DNA of 64,000 bases, taken from IMG/VR virus record IMGVR_UViG_3300020577_014021; one strand, 5' to 3'. The translations under genes were made by a program, and so were the position numbers. Positions 10,819 to 20,667 of this stretch are shown here, in pieces (position 1 is the first letter of the stretch; every line of letters begins with the position of its first letter). The stretch comes from a virus. Lineage: Duplodnaviria; Caudoviricetes. A model generated the notes under the pieces. The model did no database searches, was not told where the DNA came from, and saw only the letters and a program-made list of their open reading frames with translations.

Positions 10819-11032
10819 TATTATCTATCCATTTTATATTTTTATATTTTTGCCCAGCAACAAATTTTGCTATGGCCAAATGAGGGCCAGCGCCCAAAAT
10901 TTCACTACCTTTTTTGGTTGGATAAATTAATACCTTAAGCCCACCAAAGGTAACCAATAAATCCACTGGAATATCACCTTCTAAGTATCCAATGGTTTCT
11001 TTTGTTTTTATATATTTTGGAGAAATATCCAT
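10811..11032 (-). CDS. hypothetical protein
   Basis: 73-aa ORF, translationally coupled. Confidence 0.5.
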   Translation of the reverse strand: MDISPKYIKTKETIGYLEGDIPVDLLVTFGGLKVLIYPTKKGSEILGAGPHLAIAKFVAGQKYKNIKWIDNNG

Positions 11033-11034
11033 AA

Positions 11035-11868
11035 TTACACCGTAGACATAAAAACTGAGTTGTAATACATCATTTTTATATTTTTATATAACTCATCACG
11101 TTTTTCTTTTAAATCATCAATTCTTAAAGCATAAATATTAGGACCAGGACTGCCCACTGACTGTTGCATGCCATCCAAACTCAAACTAGAACTTGTCATT
11201 CTAATTAAAGGCCCTAAACGTGACAGAATATCTATAGCTGCCTCAATCCCAATCAAATCATTAAGAATTTCTGGTATTTTATTTTCTGGAAACCCCGTAG
11301 TACATTTGATAGAAAAAAACGCAGGCATAAACCGGGGTTGAACGGTAGATAAAATATAACTACTAAAAGAAGATGTAGCACCGGCAGTATTAAAAATAGT
11401 AGAAGAAAATATATTAGTAGAATAACCTAATGTAATTAAACCTGTTTGAAAATTACCTGTTTCAATTAATTCAGGCGGAAAAATGAAAAATGAATTACCA
11501 CTTGCATCCTCTATGGCCAATTCTTCCACGGACATAATAGGTCTATAAGGCATTTCTAAATGGCAATATGCTTGATATAGGTTTTTATCATATTCCTTAC
11601 GAATTTTTCTTTGTACAGGCGCAATATTAATTTTTATTTTCGTTTCAACCAAATTCATTGCGCGGTCTAATGCACGTTTTAAATCATTATTGTTTAATAC
11701 TTGACCAGTAAGTGGACTTTTAAGTGGTATACCAAACAAATAATCTGTTCGAAAAATTTCTGGTGAAATTAATGGCTCATAACGATTTACGTTAGCACCA
11801 GCATCAATAGCATATAAGGGATATACACATCCCATTGATCTTCTGCTATTGCTGTAGTCTGCACACAT
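11035..11868 (-). CDS. putative head-tail adaptor
   Basis: YLFGIPL..GF...IP..L..LIG..SSSLSLDGMQQS pattern typical of adaptor proteins in large myoviruses. Confidence 0.65.
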   Translation of the reverse strand: MCADYSNSRRSMGCVYPLYAIDAGANVNRYEPLISPEIFRTDYLFGIPLKSPLTGQVLNNNDLKRALDRAMNLVETKIKINIAPVQRKIRKEYDKNLYQAYCHLEMPYRPIMSVEELAIEDASGNSFFIFPPELIETGNFQTGLITLGYSTNIFSSTIFNTAGATSSFSSYILSTVQPRFMPAFFSIKCTTGFPENKIPEILNDLIGIEAAIDILSRLGPLIRMTSSSLSLDGMQQSVGSPGPNIYALRIDDLKEKRDELYKNIKMMYYNSVFMSTV

Positions 11869-11869
11869 A

Positions 11870-12274
11870 TTAACACAAACTCGGGTTTAAGGATTGTAAA
11901 GCAATAGCTCGTGAAATTACACCAGTTTTGGCTACTCCAAGTTCCGTTAATGTAAATGTCAAATTGCCTTGTGCAATTTTATCAGTAGCCAAAATACTAA
12001 ACTGCCAAATACTAGTATCTAGTGGAAAAGGCTGTGTTGCTATCCTGGTTATAACATTGGCACTGTTTATACTTGAAATAGTGATAGTCATAGTAGAACC
12101 AGCTGCAGGCATATACCTCAAACCTTGTTCATCATTGATATCAGATGCTTGTTCTACATCCATGATCTGAAAATATACAGTAGTGGCATTCCCCTCTCTC
12201 AATAAAAGCGTAGTAGCTACTTGCCAGCTATTGACATTTTGCACATTTTTTAGCATTCTACCGCCAAGAAGCAT
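11870..12274 (-). CDS. hypothetical virion protein
   Basis: Beta-rich first gene of the neck operon. Confidence 0.45.
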   Translation of the reverse strand: MLLGGRMLKNVQNVNSWQVATTLLLREGNATTVYFQIMDVEQASDINDEQGLRYMPAAGSTMTITISSINSANVITRIATQPFPLDTSIWQFSILATDKIAQGNLTFTLTELGVAKTGVISRAIALQSLNPSLC

Positions 12275-12346
12275 TGATAAATCCTTAGAAAAATTATAAT
12301 TTTATTATTAAAAGATTAAGTATATTAGTAATATAAGGTTAAATTT

Positions 12347-13048
12347 ATGAAAAACTCGTGGTTTATTATCATCGATGGGTTAGATAAAATTGGAAAAACC
12401 ACTCAAATTGGACTTTTAAAACAACATTTTATTAAACAAAAGAAAAAAATATTTACTACAAGATGTATAGGTGGTCCTGCTGACCCTAATACAATTCCTT
12501 ATATGCAAAAAATTAGAGATATTGTTTTTAATGATCAATTGCCCCCAGAAACAGAAGAAATGTTTTTAGATTTTGCTTCTACCCTAAATCTACGCATGAT
12601 TTATAAATTACAAAAAAAGAAACAATACGATTTTTTAATTCAAGATCGTGGGCCATTAAGTCACGTAAGTTATGGTTTGGCCAAAAAACATAATAGAATT
12701 ACAATTGATACCCTATATAGTCGTACATTAGACTACTTTCAATATTACATTAATAATTATATTAATATTTGTTTAATGCCTGATAAATTTTCATGGTTAG
12801 AAAACAGATTAAAAACAAATAATGTTCATGAAGATAGTTCAAAAAGGCATGATGAACTTGAAAAAATTGCTTTTCAAAAAAAAGTTTACAAGAATATGTT
12901 AAAAGAATTTGAAATTGCTTCTACGAAATATACAAGTGATTTTATTGATATTAATACTAGTCATCTTGTAAAAATATCAGAAAAACAAACTCCTCTTGAA
13001 GTTCATCAAGAGATTTTAAAAATCATTAATGAAAGGATTTCTCAATAA
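12347..13048 (+). CDS. tmk: thymidylate kinase
   Basis: DGLDKIGKTT P-loop; QDR..S..YG motif. Confidence 0.85.
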   Translation: MKNSWFIIIDGLDKIGKTTQIGLLKQHFIKQKKKIFTTRCIGGPADPNTIPYMQKIRDIVFNDQLPPETEEMFLDFASTLNLRMIYKLQKKKQYDFLIQDRGPLSHVSYGLAKKHNRITIDTLYSRTLDYFQYYINNYINICLMPDKFSWLENRLKTNNVHEDSSKRHDELEKIAFQKKVYKNMLKEFEIASTKYTSDFIDINTSHLVKISEKQTPLEVHQEILKIINERISQ

Positions 13049-13593
13049 TGCCGCAATATCATGATGCTGACCTACAAAAACTTAATTCCAGAATTTCTGA
13101 ATTAGAAAATAATATTCAGAAAATTAACAAAAAATTTGAATATGACTTTTTTAATTTAACTCAAGAAGTTAAATATGTGAAACTAAACTCAAATGCAAAA
13201 GAACCTTTCAAAAAACATGATGGTGATGCAGGTTATGATTTGTATGCTTGTTTTACAGAAAAAGATTCTTATGAATTAAAACCTTTAGAACAAATAAAAA
13301 TTCCAACTGGCATTGCTATTTCTCTAAATGAATATACCGTAGGTCTGATTAATGATCGTTCTAGTATGGCGTCAAAACAACTAGTAATAAGTGGTGGTGT
13401 TATTGATGAACCCTACACTGGAGAAATTTCAATTTTACTAATGAATTTATCTAATACACCATATGAAATAAAAAATGGCGATAAAATTGCTCAAATTTTG
13501 ATTCAAGCTATAGTGAAAGTTAATTTTATAGAAGTAAAAGAATTAAAAGCAACTGAAAGAGGCAATAAAGGTTTTGGAAGTACAGGCAAATAG
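13048..13593 (+). CDS. dut: dUTPase
   Basis: AGYDL, RSS, GVID..YTGEI, GDKIAQ and RGNKGFGSTG motifs. Confidence 0.95.
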   Translation: MPQYHDADLQKLNSRISELENNIQKINKKFEYDFFNLTQEVKYVKLNSNAKEPFKKHDGDAGYDLYACFTEKDSYELKPLEQIKIPTGIAISLNEYTVGLINDRSSMASKQLVISGGVIDEPYTGEISILLMNLSNTPYEIKNGDKIAQILIQAIVKVNFIEVKELKATERGNKGFGSTGK

Positions 13594-13606
13594 ATAATCT
13601 TTATAT

Positions 13607-13834
13607 ATGTGTTTTTTGTTTAAAAGAGATTTGTTAAAAAAATTCTATGGCAGATTTGTACATATAACTTTGCAAAATAATCAAGTTTTCTTTGGTTTAT
13701 TAGAAAAAAGTTGTAATCAACAATTATTGTTATGCTATGCTGGATTTTTTAAAACCAATGGAGAATTATTTCAAACTGATGTTTTATATATTAATAACAA
13801 AAAAGAAATTAAACATATATATACTTTAGATTAA
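13607..13834 (+). CDS. Sm/LSm-like small protein
   Basis: L...G+.V.I.L.N...F.G.L....L.L Sm1-like pattern. Confidence 0.45.
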   Translation: MCFLFKRDLLKKFYGRFVHITLQNNQVFFGLLEKSCNQQLLLCYAGFFKTNGELFQTDVLYINNKKEIKHIYTLD

Positions 13835-13837
13835 ATT

Positions 13838-14347
13838 ATGGAAATTCTTGCTACTTCCCCAAATGCTATACATAGCGCCACTGGTTTAGATATCAGAACC
13901 AATAATGAAATGTTAAAAACAGCAGGACAAATATTAAGTGGAACACTTATTTATTGTCATGGACCTACCTTGATTAAACTTGAAAAAAATTATTCTCATG
14001 ATGATTTATGGAGTGAATGGGCAAGAGAAAGTAGACAAAATTATAGATGGTTATGTCAATATTTCAAAACTCTTTGTGCTGTTTTTTTAAAACACAGGAA
14101 AAAAAATCATCAATATGAAAAATTTTATGATGATTTTTATCATAAATATATTCATTTTATTCCTCCTGGATATCAGACTCCTTTTAAAAATAGCACCAAG
14201 TACCAAGACTTACCGACGCATGAAGCATATCAAAGAGCTTTAAAGGATAAATCTGTGTATAATGGGATAAATTTCGAAAATAATGATTTTTTTACAGATG
14301 AAGAATTGCTTTATGTAAACGAAATATATAAAGATTCTCATTTGTAA
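13838..14347 (+). CDS. pyrimidine-dimer glycosylase-like phage protein (divergent)
   Basis: M.I.A.S..A..SA..L..M...QILS..W.RES..NY.WL..LC..R.K.H pattern. Confidence 0.55.
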   Translation: MEILATSPNAIHSATGLDIRTNNEMLKTAGQILSGTLIYCHGPTLIKLEKNYSHDDLWSEWARESRQNYRWLCQYFKTLCAVFLKHRKKNHQYEKFYDDFYHKYIHFIPPGYQTPFKNSTKYQDLPTHEAYQRALKDKSVYNGINFENNDFFTDEELLYVNEIYKDSHL

Positions 14348-14399
14348 ATACAAAAATTTTTGTTGCATAAAATGAAATGTATGGTAAATAAAACTTACC

Positions 14400-15188
14400 A
14401 TGAAATATCGTTTTGATTGTAAAATTTTATCACCAGAAGAAGAAGAAGAAACATTAATTGAATATTATCAAACTAAAAATAAAAAATTAGCTGAAAAATT
14501 ACTTCTCTCTAACTACAAGCTCATTGTACAAACAGCTATGAAATTTCAAAATTATGGCTTGCCATTAGAAGATCTTATACAAGAGGGATGCGTAGGTTTT
14601 TCTTTAGCCTTAGAAAAATTTGATATTAATAGAAAACTTCGTTTAAATACTTATGCTTTATATTGGATTAAAGCTTATATTATGTTTTATATTTATAAAA
14701 ACTTTTTTATATGTCGGTATAATTCAACGCCCACCAATGTAAAACTTTTTTATAAATTTAGGAAACTTAAACAAGAATTTAGTGAATTGGGAAACTTCGA
14801 TATCAGTAATGATGAAGTTTTAGAAAAAATAAGCAAACATTTGAATATTGGAAAAGAGCACGTTGAACAAATCAACAATCTTTTAATGAATAAAGAATCA
14901 TCCAATATTGATTCAAAAAAATCACTTATTGATCCAGAAAATTCACCAGAAGAAAAACTTATTGAAAAAAACAAATATGAATACATAATGAAAAAATTTC
15001 AAGACTTAAAATTAAATGATACAAAAAAAACTGTTTTTATGAAATATTTTATAAATCCCAAACAAGAAACTTTTGAGACACTTGGCAAGGAACTGAATTT
15101 ATCCAAAACAAAAACACGACAAATTTATAATAATATTGTCAAACAAATTTCTAAAATAAACCATAAAGAAAATCTGGCTTTGCAATAA
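14400..15188 (+). CDS. RNA polymerase sigma factor, RpoH/sigma32-like
   Basis: LS.EEE; EDLIQEG..G...A..KFD...RL.TYA.YWIKA region 2; KLFYK RpoH-box-like segment; region 4 HTH. Confidence 0.85.
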   Translation: MKYRFDCKILSPEEEEETLIEYYQTKNKKLAEKLLLSNYKLIVQTAMKFQNYGLPLEDLIQEGCVGFSLALEKFDINRKLRLNTYALYWIKAYIMFYIYKNFFICRYNSTPTNVKLFYKFRKLKQEFSELGNFDISNDEVLEKISKHLNIGKEHVEQINNLLMNKESSNIDSKKSLIDPENSPEEKLIEKNKYEYIMKKFQDLKLNDTKKTVFMKYFINPKQETFETLGKELNLSKTKTRQIYNNIVKQISKINHKENLALQ

Positions 15189-15191
15189 AGG

Positions 15192-15428
15192 ATGTATATG
15201 AAATATTTAATCAAAATTACTTTTAACGTTTTAATTGATCAAAAACATCAAACAGTAGAGCATTATTGCTCTTCTTATATAAATGATGATAATGAACTTA
15301 AATTATTTGACGACAACAAACAAATTTTGTGCTGTTTCAAAAAATCACATTTGCTTAATGTTGAAATTGAAGATTTAAATCCTAATGAACCTGAGTCCAC
15401 ACCAAAGAAAAAGAAAAAAGCCGCTTAA
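15192..15428 (+). CDS. hypothetical protein
   Basis: 78-aa ORF with RBS. Confidence 0.5.
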   Translation: MYMKYLIKITFNVLIDQKHQTVEHYCSSYINDDNELKLFDDNKQILCCFKKSHLLNVEIEDLNPNEPESTPKKKKKAA

Positions 15429-15880
15429 TTATTACCGTTTAATTTCCTCAATTGTTTAACCAAAATAGTTACTTGATTTAAAACATAATTAATATCTTTA
15501 TACTGCCCATATTTTTGTGAGCCAAAAGAAGATAAATCCTCGTTTTCAAACCAATGTTTTTTATCAGGTATTTTATCCCAAAAGCCACAACAATGAAATC
15601 CTATCCACCATAACTTTGCTTCTTTTTTATTAAACAATGGATTAATGTGACTCACATAATTAATACCATGATGCACTTTCACATTATCAAAGCATTCCTG
15701 ATGACGTTCAAACAGAGGATGTTCTTTATCAACAGCACTATACCCACTATAAGTTTTTGTACCCTCATCTTTTAATATGATGCATAGATATTTATCGATG
15801 TTATAATACAAAAAAGAGGGGCCGACATCATATTTTTTAAAATTATCAGGATCATAAATAAAGTACAAATTATTCTTCAT
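15425..15880 (-). CDS. conserved phage hypothetical (VHGGLTY-like family)
   Basis: HPLF..VHHGINY..WWIGFHC..Y+D..YV pattern. Confidence 0.5.
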   Translation of the reverse strand: MKNNLYFIYDPDNFKKYDVGPSFLYYNIDKYLCIILKDEGTKTYSGYSAVDKEHPLFERHQECFDNVKVHHGINYVSHINPLFNKKEAKLWWIGFHCCGFWDKIPDKKHWFENEDLSSFGSQKYGQYKDINYVLNQVTILVKQLRKLNGNN

Positions 15881-15887
15881 AAAAATT

Positions 15888-16667
15888 ATGCCAAAAATAA
15901 CTGATATTACTTCATACTTTATATATTGTTCCCAAAAACAAAATCATTTTTTAAATGTCAATAAACTACAATTTTTTTTGTACTATAGTCAGATGTATCA
16001 CTTAGCTTATAACCAATCCCTGTTATTCAATGAGCCTATTATTACACAGCAAAATGGTGTCATAATAGAACCTGTTTTTTATGACTATTTACAATATCGT
16101 TACAAGTCTATAGACATACAAAAAAACTATCCAACACTCAATCCCAAAACCGAAAAGATTCTTTCTTTGGTTAATAATATATATACACATTTTGATTCAT
16201 TTGAATTAGAAAAGTACATTAAGTCCGAACTCCCTTTTATAGAAGCTTACGCTACTAATAATCCTATTGATGTTAAAAAGTATAAATCCTATTACCGCAC
16301 AAACGCTTTAACTTCACCTGAGAAAGAGCAGTTAAAACAAACTATCCTTAAACATCATGAACATGCTTTGTCATCTTACAATAAAAACCCGCAAGAACTC
16401 TTACCATTATTTAACCTGCTCGATTTCATCGAGCAACTACCATTAAATATCCTCGTGCCTCAATACCATCACGCTGATCATTGGCATAAACCGCATCTTC
16501 ATTTTAATGTGCACCATGATATATTAGATATATACTTTACACTTGATAGAATCTATTACAAAGGATTAATAAGTTTCAAACAAATTAATAACTCGCACAA
16601 ATGGAAAAAGTCCATACCAAAGAAACTTTTAAACTTACTTACCCATTATCCTTTTTCGCAAGATTAA
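15888..16667 (+). CDS. Panacea (DUF4065/SocA-like) domain protein
   Basis: KLQ..LYY.Q..HLA....LF.EPI....G....VF and E.P motif in the N-terminal half; extra C-terminal domain. Confidence 0.65.
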   Translation: MPKITDITSYFIYCSQKQNHFLNVNKLQFFLYYSQMYHLAYNQSLLFNEPIITQQNGVIIEPVFYDYLQYRYKSIDIQKNYPTLNPKTEKILSLVNNIYTHFDSFELEKYIKSELPFIEAYATNNPIDVKKYKSYYRTNALTSPEKEQLKQTILKHHEHALSSYNKNPQELLPLFNLLDFIEQLPLNILVPQYHHADHWHKPHLHFNVHHDILDIYFTLDRIYYKGLISFKQINNSHKWKKSIPKKLLNLLTHYPFSQD

Positions 16668-18194
16668 AGCCATGCCAATTATATTACCAAAAATAAACTC
16701 GATTGGAAACGAAGCACCAGTGTTATTGCAAGAATGTACAGGAGAATTGTTGCTTGGAGTTGGTTTACTGTCTCCTGTATCTGGCTGCTCAACCTTAATA
16801 CACATCCTGGCTGTAGTATCACAAGTATAACCTGAAAAACACTGTACCTGCGCGCGGCAACCGCCCTGTGTCAATGGAACGCACTTCTGCTGCTCAGCAT
16901 TACAATAAGCATTTAAAGAGCATCCTGAATCATCAGTACACTTAATGTAAGACGGATCGTAATCTTGACACTTATGCTCTAAATTACAAATCTGACCAGT
17001 TTTGCAATCAGTATTAACTGTACATTCTGGTTTTTTTAACTCACATTTGTTTACACTGGTATTGCATACATATTCAGATGTAGACCAAGAATATTTACAA
17101 TCCGAATCTTGAGTGCATTCAGGTGGCCGAGGAACACACTTATTGGTATTTGTATCACACATATTTCCTAGCGTACACGTGCTGTCATTGATGCACTCAG
17201 CACATGCACCTTGTTCTGTGCATACATCCTTTTCATTTGCGCACGGACTACAAGTCGTACCGCACATTTTATTGCTCCGACATACAACTTTTGTATCTTG
17301 ACATAATCCACTTATGCACTGAAAACCTTGATTACAATCTTTAGTTTCATCACACATCTGACATGAAGTGCCATCATATCCATCAATGGTATTGAATAAT
17401 AACCATTTATTCAAAATTGACATTTTATATGGGTTGCCTTTGTCATCCAAATATTTATTATTTTCAAGGTCACTAATATTAATATTGGTATAACCAAAAC
17501 TAAAACCTGCATTGGTAGGGCTACCACTCAATGCACTCAATTCTATTAGAGCATTATCATTATTTTGATAATAAATAATTTCAAAAGGATATAAGCCCTC
17601 ACCTTCAAACTGGACTTGCCGAGTTACTTTATTAAACGGAGATTTATAATCTATATATAAAACAGGCTTACCGGCAATCAAAAGCAGCCCGCCATCATTT
17701 GCATTTAAACCAATAGTTTCAGTGAAGCCTGAAAAAACATTCAAGTATCCTCTAAAGTGAGTGATTACCTTTCTTCCATCAAAAGGTGTTTTTGTATAAT
17801 CCAAATAATCATAACTATCACTAAAATCACCTCTTGATGTTGTGTCAAATAAAAAACTTTGCATGTCCAATGTTCTACGAATACTATAAAGTTCATTGCT
17901 ATTTTTAAAAACATTACCTTTTATAGTAACAGCACCATTTAAACCATTATTTGATAATATGTAGGCATCTAAGGGTGTTTGTAAGTCAACTGAAGAATCA
18001 AATTTATGACTCCTGGAACATAACCCTGAATTGTAGTAATAATAAGGACGCGAAGGAGCTGCTCTTTCCGTTTGTTTAACCACTACTAAATCATTATAAT
18101 TTATGGTTTCTAGTGTCTTTTCATCAAAAGGCAATGGACTTGACATTAAACTTATAGGAAATAATAATACTAAGGCACAAATTATATTTATCAT
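16635..18194 (-). CDS. traA: TraA-like cell-surface protein (PA14-like domain, Cys-rich repeats, MYXO-CTERM-like tail)
   Basis: Signal peptide from 18194 (GGAG RBS); FRGYLNV..GL.ANDG..GLYPFEIIY..ALIELS; CGTTCSPC followed by tandem Cys repeats; C-terminal SC + hydrophobic helix + RKR. Confidence 0.75.
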   Translation of the reverse strand: MINIICALVLLFPISLMSSPLPFDEKTLETINYNDLVVVKQTERAAPSRPYYYYNSGLCSRSHKFDSSVDLQTPLDAYILSNNGLNGAVTIKGNVFKNSNELYSIRRTLDMQSFLFDTTSRGDFSDSYDYLDYTKTPFDGRKVITHFRGYLNVFSGFTETIGLNANDGGLLLIAGKPVLYIDYKSPFNKVTRQVQFEGEGLYPFEIIYYQNNDNALIELSALSGSPTNAGFSFGYTNINISDLENNKYLDDKGNPYKMSILNKWLLFNTIDGYDGTSCQMCDETKDCNQGFQCISGLCQDTKVVCRSNKMCGTTCSPCANEKDVCTEQGACAECINDSTCTLGNMCDTNTNKCVPRPPECTQDSDCKYSWSTSEYVCNTSVNKCELKKPECTVNTDCKTGQICNLEHKCQDYDPSYIKCTDDSGCSLNAYCNAEQQKCVPLTQGGCRAQVQCFSGYTCDTTARMCIKVEQPDTGDSKPTPSNNSPVHSCNNTGASFPIEFIFGNIIGMALILRKRIMGK

Positions 18195-18361
18195 AAATTT
18201 TCTCCAAGGTAAATTCAGCAAAATTTCATCAATTACGATTTTAATAATCTAAAAAAAAAATATTGTCAAATATTTTACAAAAAAATAAAAATTAGATTTT
18301 ATATGTCTTAAATTGATTATAATACTTTTATTATAAATAACACTTATTTATTGTTTAAATA

Positions 18362-18868
18362 CTATATGATTGATGAAGAAAGAAATGAATTGGTTGGCAA
18401 AATTGGCTCAGAAATTTGTTTAAAACAAACTAGAAGACGATAATCTTTAAAAAAATTATTCAAATAAAAATCAGCTCTTGCCAAACAACTTGTAAAAAAA
18501 GCATGGGAAACAGTAAGATTATTGATTTCTTTCCAATTTTTCTCACCCTTTTTTAAATCAGAAATCATATAGAGCTGATGATTTATATAATCATTTTGGT
18601 TAAAATCTAACTCATATTTTTCTTTTAGATCTGCAATAAGCATATTATCAAATTCCATTTCAGGATGTACAGTGACAGGAATACGATTTAATCTTAAAAG
18701 AAAATTATAAAAAAATTCATCTAAATTAGTACAAACTCTATTTTCAATAGTCAAATCTGGAGTGATTTTTTTTATTTTAGAAATAAAAGCAGGCACAATT
18801 ACAGGAATAGCCCATACATGTTGCTCTGTTAAAACCTGCTCAACCACTTTAATCTGTACTTTTAGCAT
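18362..18868 (-). CDS. hypothetical protein
   Basis: 168-aa ORF coupled to the HU gene. Confidence 0.5.
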   Translation of the reverse strand: MLKVQIKVVEQVLTEQHVWAIPVIVPAFISKIKKITPDLTIENRVCTNLDEFFYNFLLRLNRIPVTVHPEMEFDNMLIADLKEKYELDFNQNDYINHQLYMISDLKKGEKNWKEINNLTVSHAFFTSCLARADFYLNNFFKDYRLLVCFKQISEPILPTNSFLSSSII

Positions 18869-19274
18869 TCTTTTTACGCCTTTTTAATCTAAATTCTTGT
18901 TTGTTTTTTTGTAGTTCTTTATACGCTACTTGAAGTTTAGGTTGCATATTTAATAATTCTTGTTTAAAGAATGGAGAAAGAGTGAACCTTAAAGTAATTA
19001 TTTCAGGATACGATTCCATTGACCCATGTTCACCATCCCGTATAGTATATTTTTCAATTTTTGGTCTTTTCTTTAAAGAAAAAGTACCAAATCTATATAC
19101 CTTTACTCTTTTACCTTCAAATAAAGCTTCTCGAATATTATTCCAAATAGAATCATAAAAAAATTCTATTTGCTCATTGGTTAAAACCAAATTATCGTAC
19201 TTTAAAGAACGCATCAAATCTGCTTTATTGTAGTCAAATGGATTATGTGGACGTTCTTTGAAATCTATGTACAT
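18849..19274 (-). CDS. HU/IHF-family DNA-binding protein
   Basis: I.EAL..G..V...FGTFS.K.R...F..S..FK motif. Confidence 0.8.
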   Translation of the reverse strand: MYIDFKERPHNPFDYNKADLMRSLKYDNLVLTNEQIEFFYDSIWNNIREALFEGKRVKVYRFGTFSLKKRPKIEKYTIRDGEHGSMESYPEIITLRFTLSPFFKQELLNMQPKLQVAYKELQKNKQEFRLKRRKKNAKSTD

Positions 19275-19279
19275 AAATT

Positions 19280-19663
19280 TTATTTTTCAGTTAAAAAGGG
19301 AATTAAAGTTTTTACAATAGATGAATATAAATAATCTTTAGATTGCTGAACTCTTGGTAATTCATTATATGGAACCATGCAAGGATGTTCTTTTTTATCT
19401 ATATCTTTAACAGGTCCATAGATCCATCCATCTTGTTCTTTATATTTTAACCACGATTTGTGTGAATCTTCAGGTATAGCTTGTGGGTTTTTAATATGAT
19501 ATTTAACACCTTCAATGGCAGATTGTTTTTGCCATTCTGGAGCCATATCCCATAATGATTGAGAAAAATCTAACTGAGTTTCACACAAAGCCCGATTGGC
19601 TTCATGACAAATTTTAGCAATGTCTTCAATTTTCATTTCATTTCCTATTTTTCTTATAAACAA
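19280..19663 (-). CDS. RyR-domain phage protein
   Basis: H.SW...K..DGW.YGP.KD...K.HPCMVPY.ELP..Q..KD motif. Confidence 0.85.
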   Translation of the reverse strand: MFIRKIGNEMKIEDIAKICHEANRALCETQLDFSQSLWDMAPEWQKQSAIEGVKYHIKNPQAIPEDSHKSWLKYKEQDGWIYGPVKDIDKKEHPCMVPYNELPRVQQSKDYLYSSIVKTLIPFLTEK

Positions 19664-19931
19664 CTAAACGATTGTCTAAAGAATCTGGAACCAGTGAATA
19701 TGATTCTTCAGCAATTTCATGATTATCTTTTTGAGTAAAATATTTAGCCACTTGTTTTAACTCATCTACAGCACCTTGACACGTAATCTCTGTTCTTACT
19801 TCATCTAAGAAATTAAATTTAATAGAACATTTCTCAGGATTACAACCAATTTCCTTAAGTAGATTATTTTCCAAATCTTTAATTTTAACAAATCTTACTT
19901 TATCGTCTTTATCAAAATCATTTTCATTCAT
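19638..19931 (-). CDS. hypothetical protein
   Basis: ORF with RBS. Confidence 0.5.
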   Translation of the reverse strand: MNENDFDKDDKVRFVKIKDLENNLLKEIGCNPEKCSIKFNFLDEVRTEITCQGAVDELKQVAKYFTQKDNHEIAEESYSLVPDSLDNRLVVYKKNRK

Positions 19932-19946
19932 AATATACCCTCTTTC

Positions 19947-20243
19947 TCAATTAAAAACTGTCGCTATAACAGTATAAATATCTCCAAGCACACTGTGTAT
20001 TGATAAAATGGCCATTTTATTATCATCAATATTAATTTTAATTGTTGGCTCAAGAATAGACCATTTCATCTGAGTGGCTTTAAGCATAATAAAATCATCT
20101 GTGGAGTCAAAATGAATCTTAATGATTTTGTCCTTATCATCACACAATTTCAAAAATGCCACATAATGGTCATTAAAATTTTCTTCTGGGTGAATAGAAC
20201 AATTACTTTCTTGCACATGATAAACAAAAACTTCTTCTGACAT
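19947..20243 (-). CDS. hypothetical protein
   Basis: ORF behind TTGACA promoter (~20306) and AAGGAG RBS. Confidence 0.55.
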   Translation of the reverse strand: MSEEVFVYHVQESNCSIHPEENFNDHYVAFLKLCDDKDKIIKIHFDSTDDFIMLKATQMKWSILEPTIKINIDDNKMAILSIHSVLGDIYTVIATVFN

Positions 20244-20314
20244 AATTTATCTCCTTATTCATTTCAGCGTTATAAAACACATAACTAAAAAAACAAAACA
20301 TGTCAATATTAAAA

Positions 20315-20665
20315 CTAATTTTCTTTTTCTTCCCATTTTTCACATTGCAAACATGTAATACCTTCAGAACGCCAAAAATCCACAACACGTTGTCTATCTT
20401 CTATAGCAAGACTAGGATTCCCATATTTATTACGTATGTAATTTAACATATCACGTTTAACTTCAACATCATTTCGTCTATCTTCTGATTTACGCATGAG
20501 CAGTTCAATATAATAAACCTCATGCCTATCTAACCATTCAATGGTTTCTTTTTTACAAATATCATTTCTACCACTACAAATAATTACAGTATCATGTTTA
20601 AAAAGACGATTCAAATAAATCATTTCATTCTTTGGCTTATCTAACAAAACACAAGAATGAAATTT
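20315..20665 (-). pseudogene. 5'-truncated polynucleotide kinase/phosphatase (HAD phosphatase domain)
   Basis: SGR..T.EWL..LLMR..D.R.D..VK..EDR..VV..WR..G..CLQ motifs are present but the N-terminal DxD is missing; the frame meets a stop at the junction with IS DNA. Confidence 0.75.
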
Positions 20666-20667
20666 AA

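Noticed and set aside
16635-18194. Eukaryotic EGF-like gene or contamination
   Set aside because: It has a bacterial RBS, no introns, a MYXO-CTERM-like tail and phage genes on both sides.
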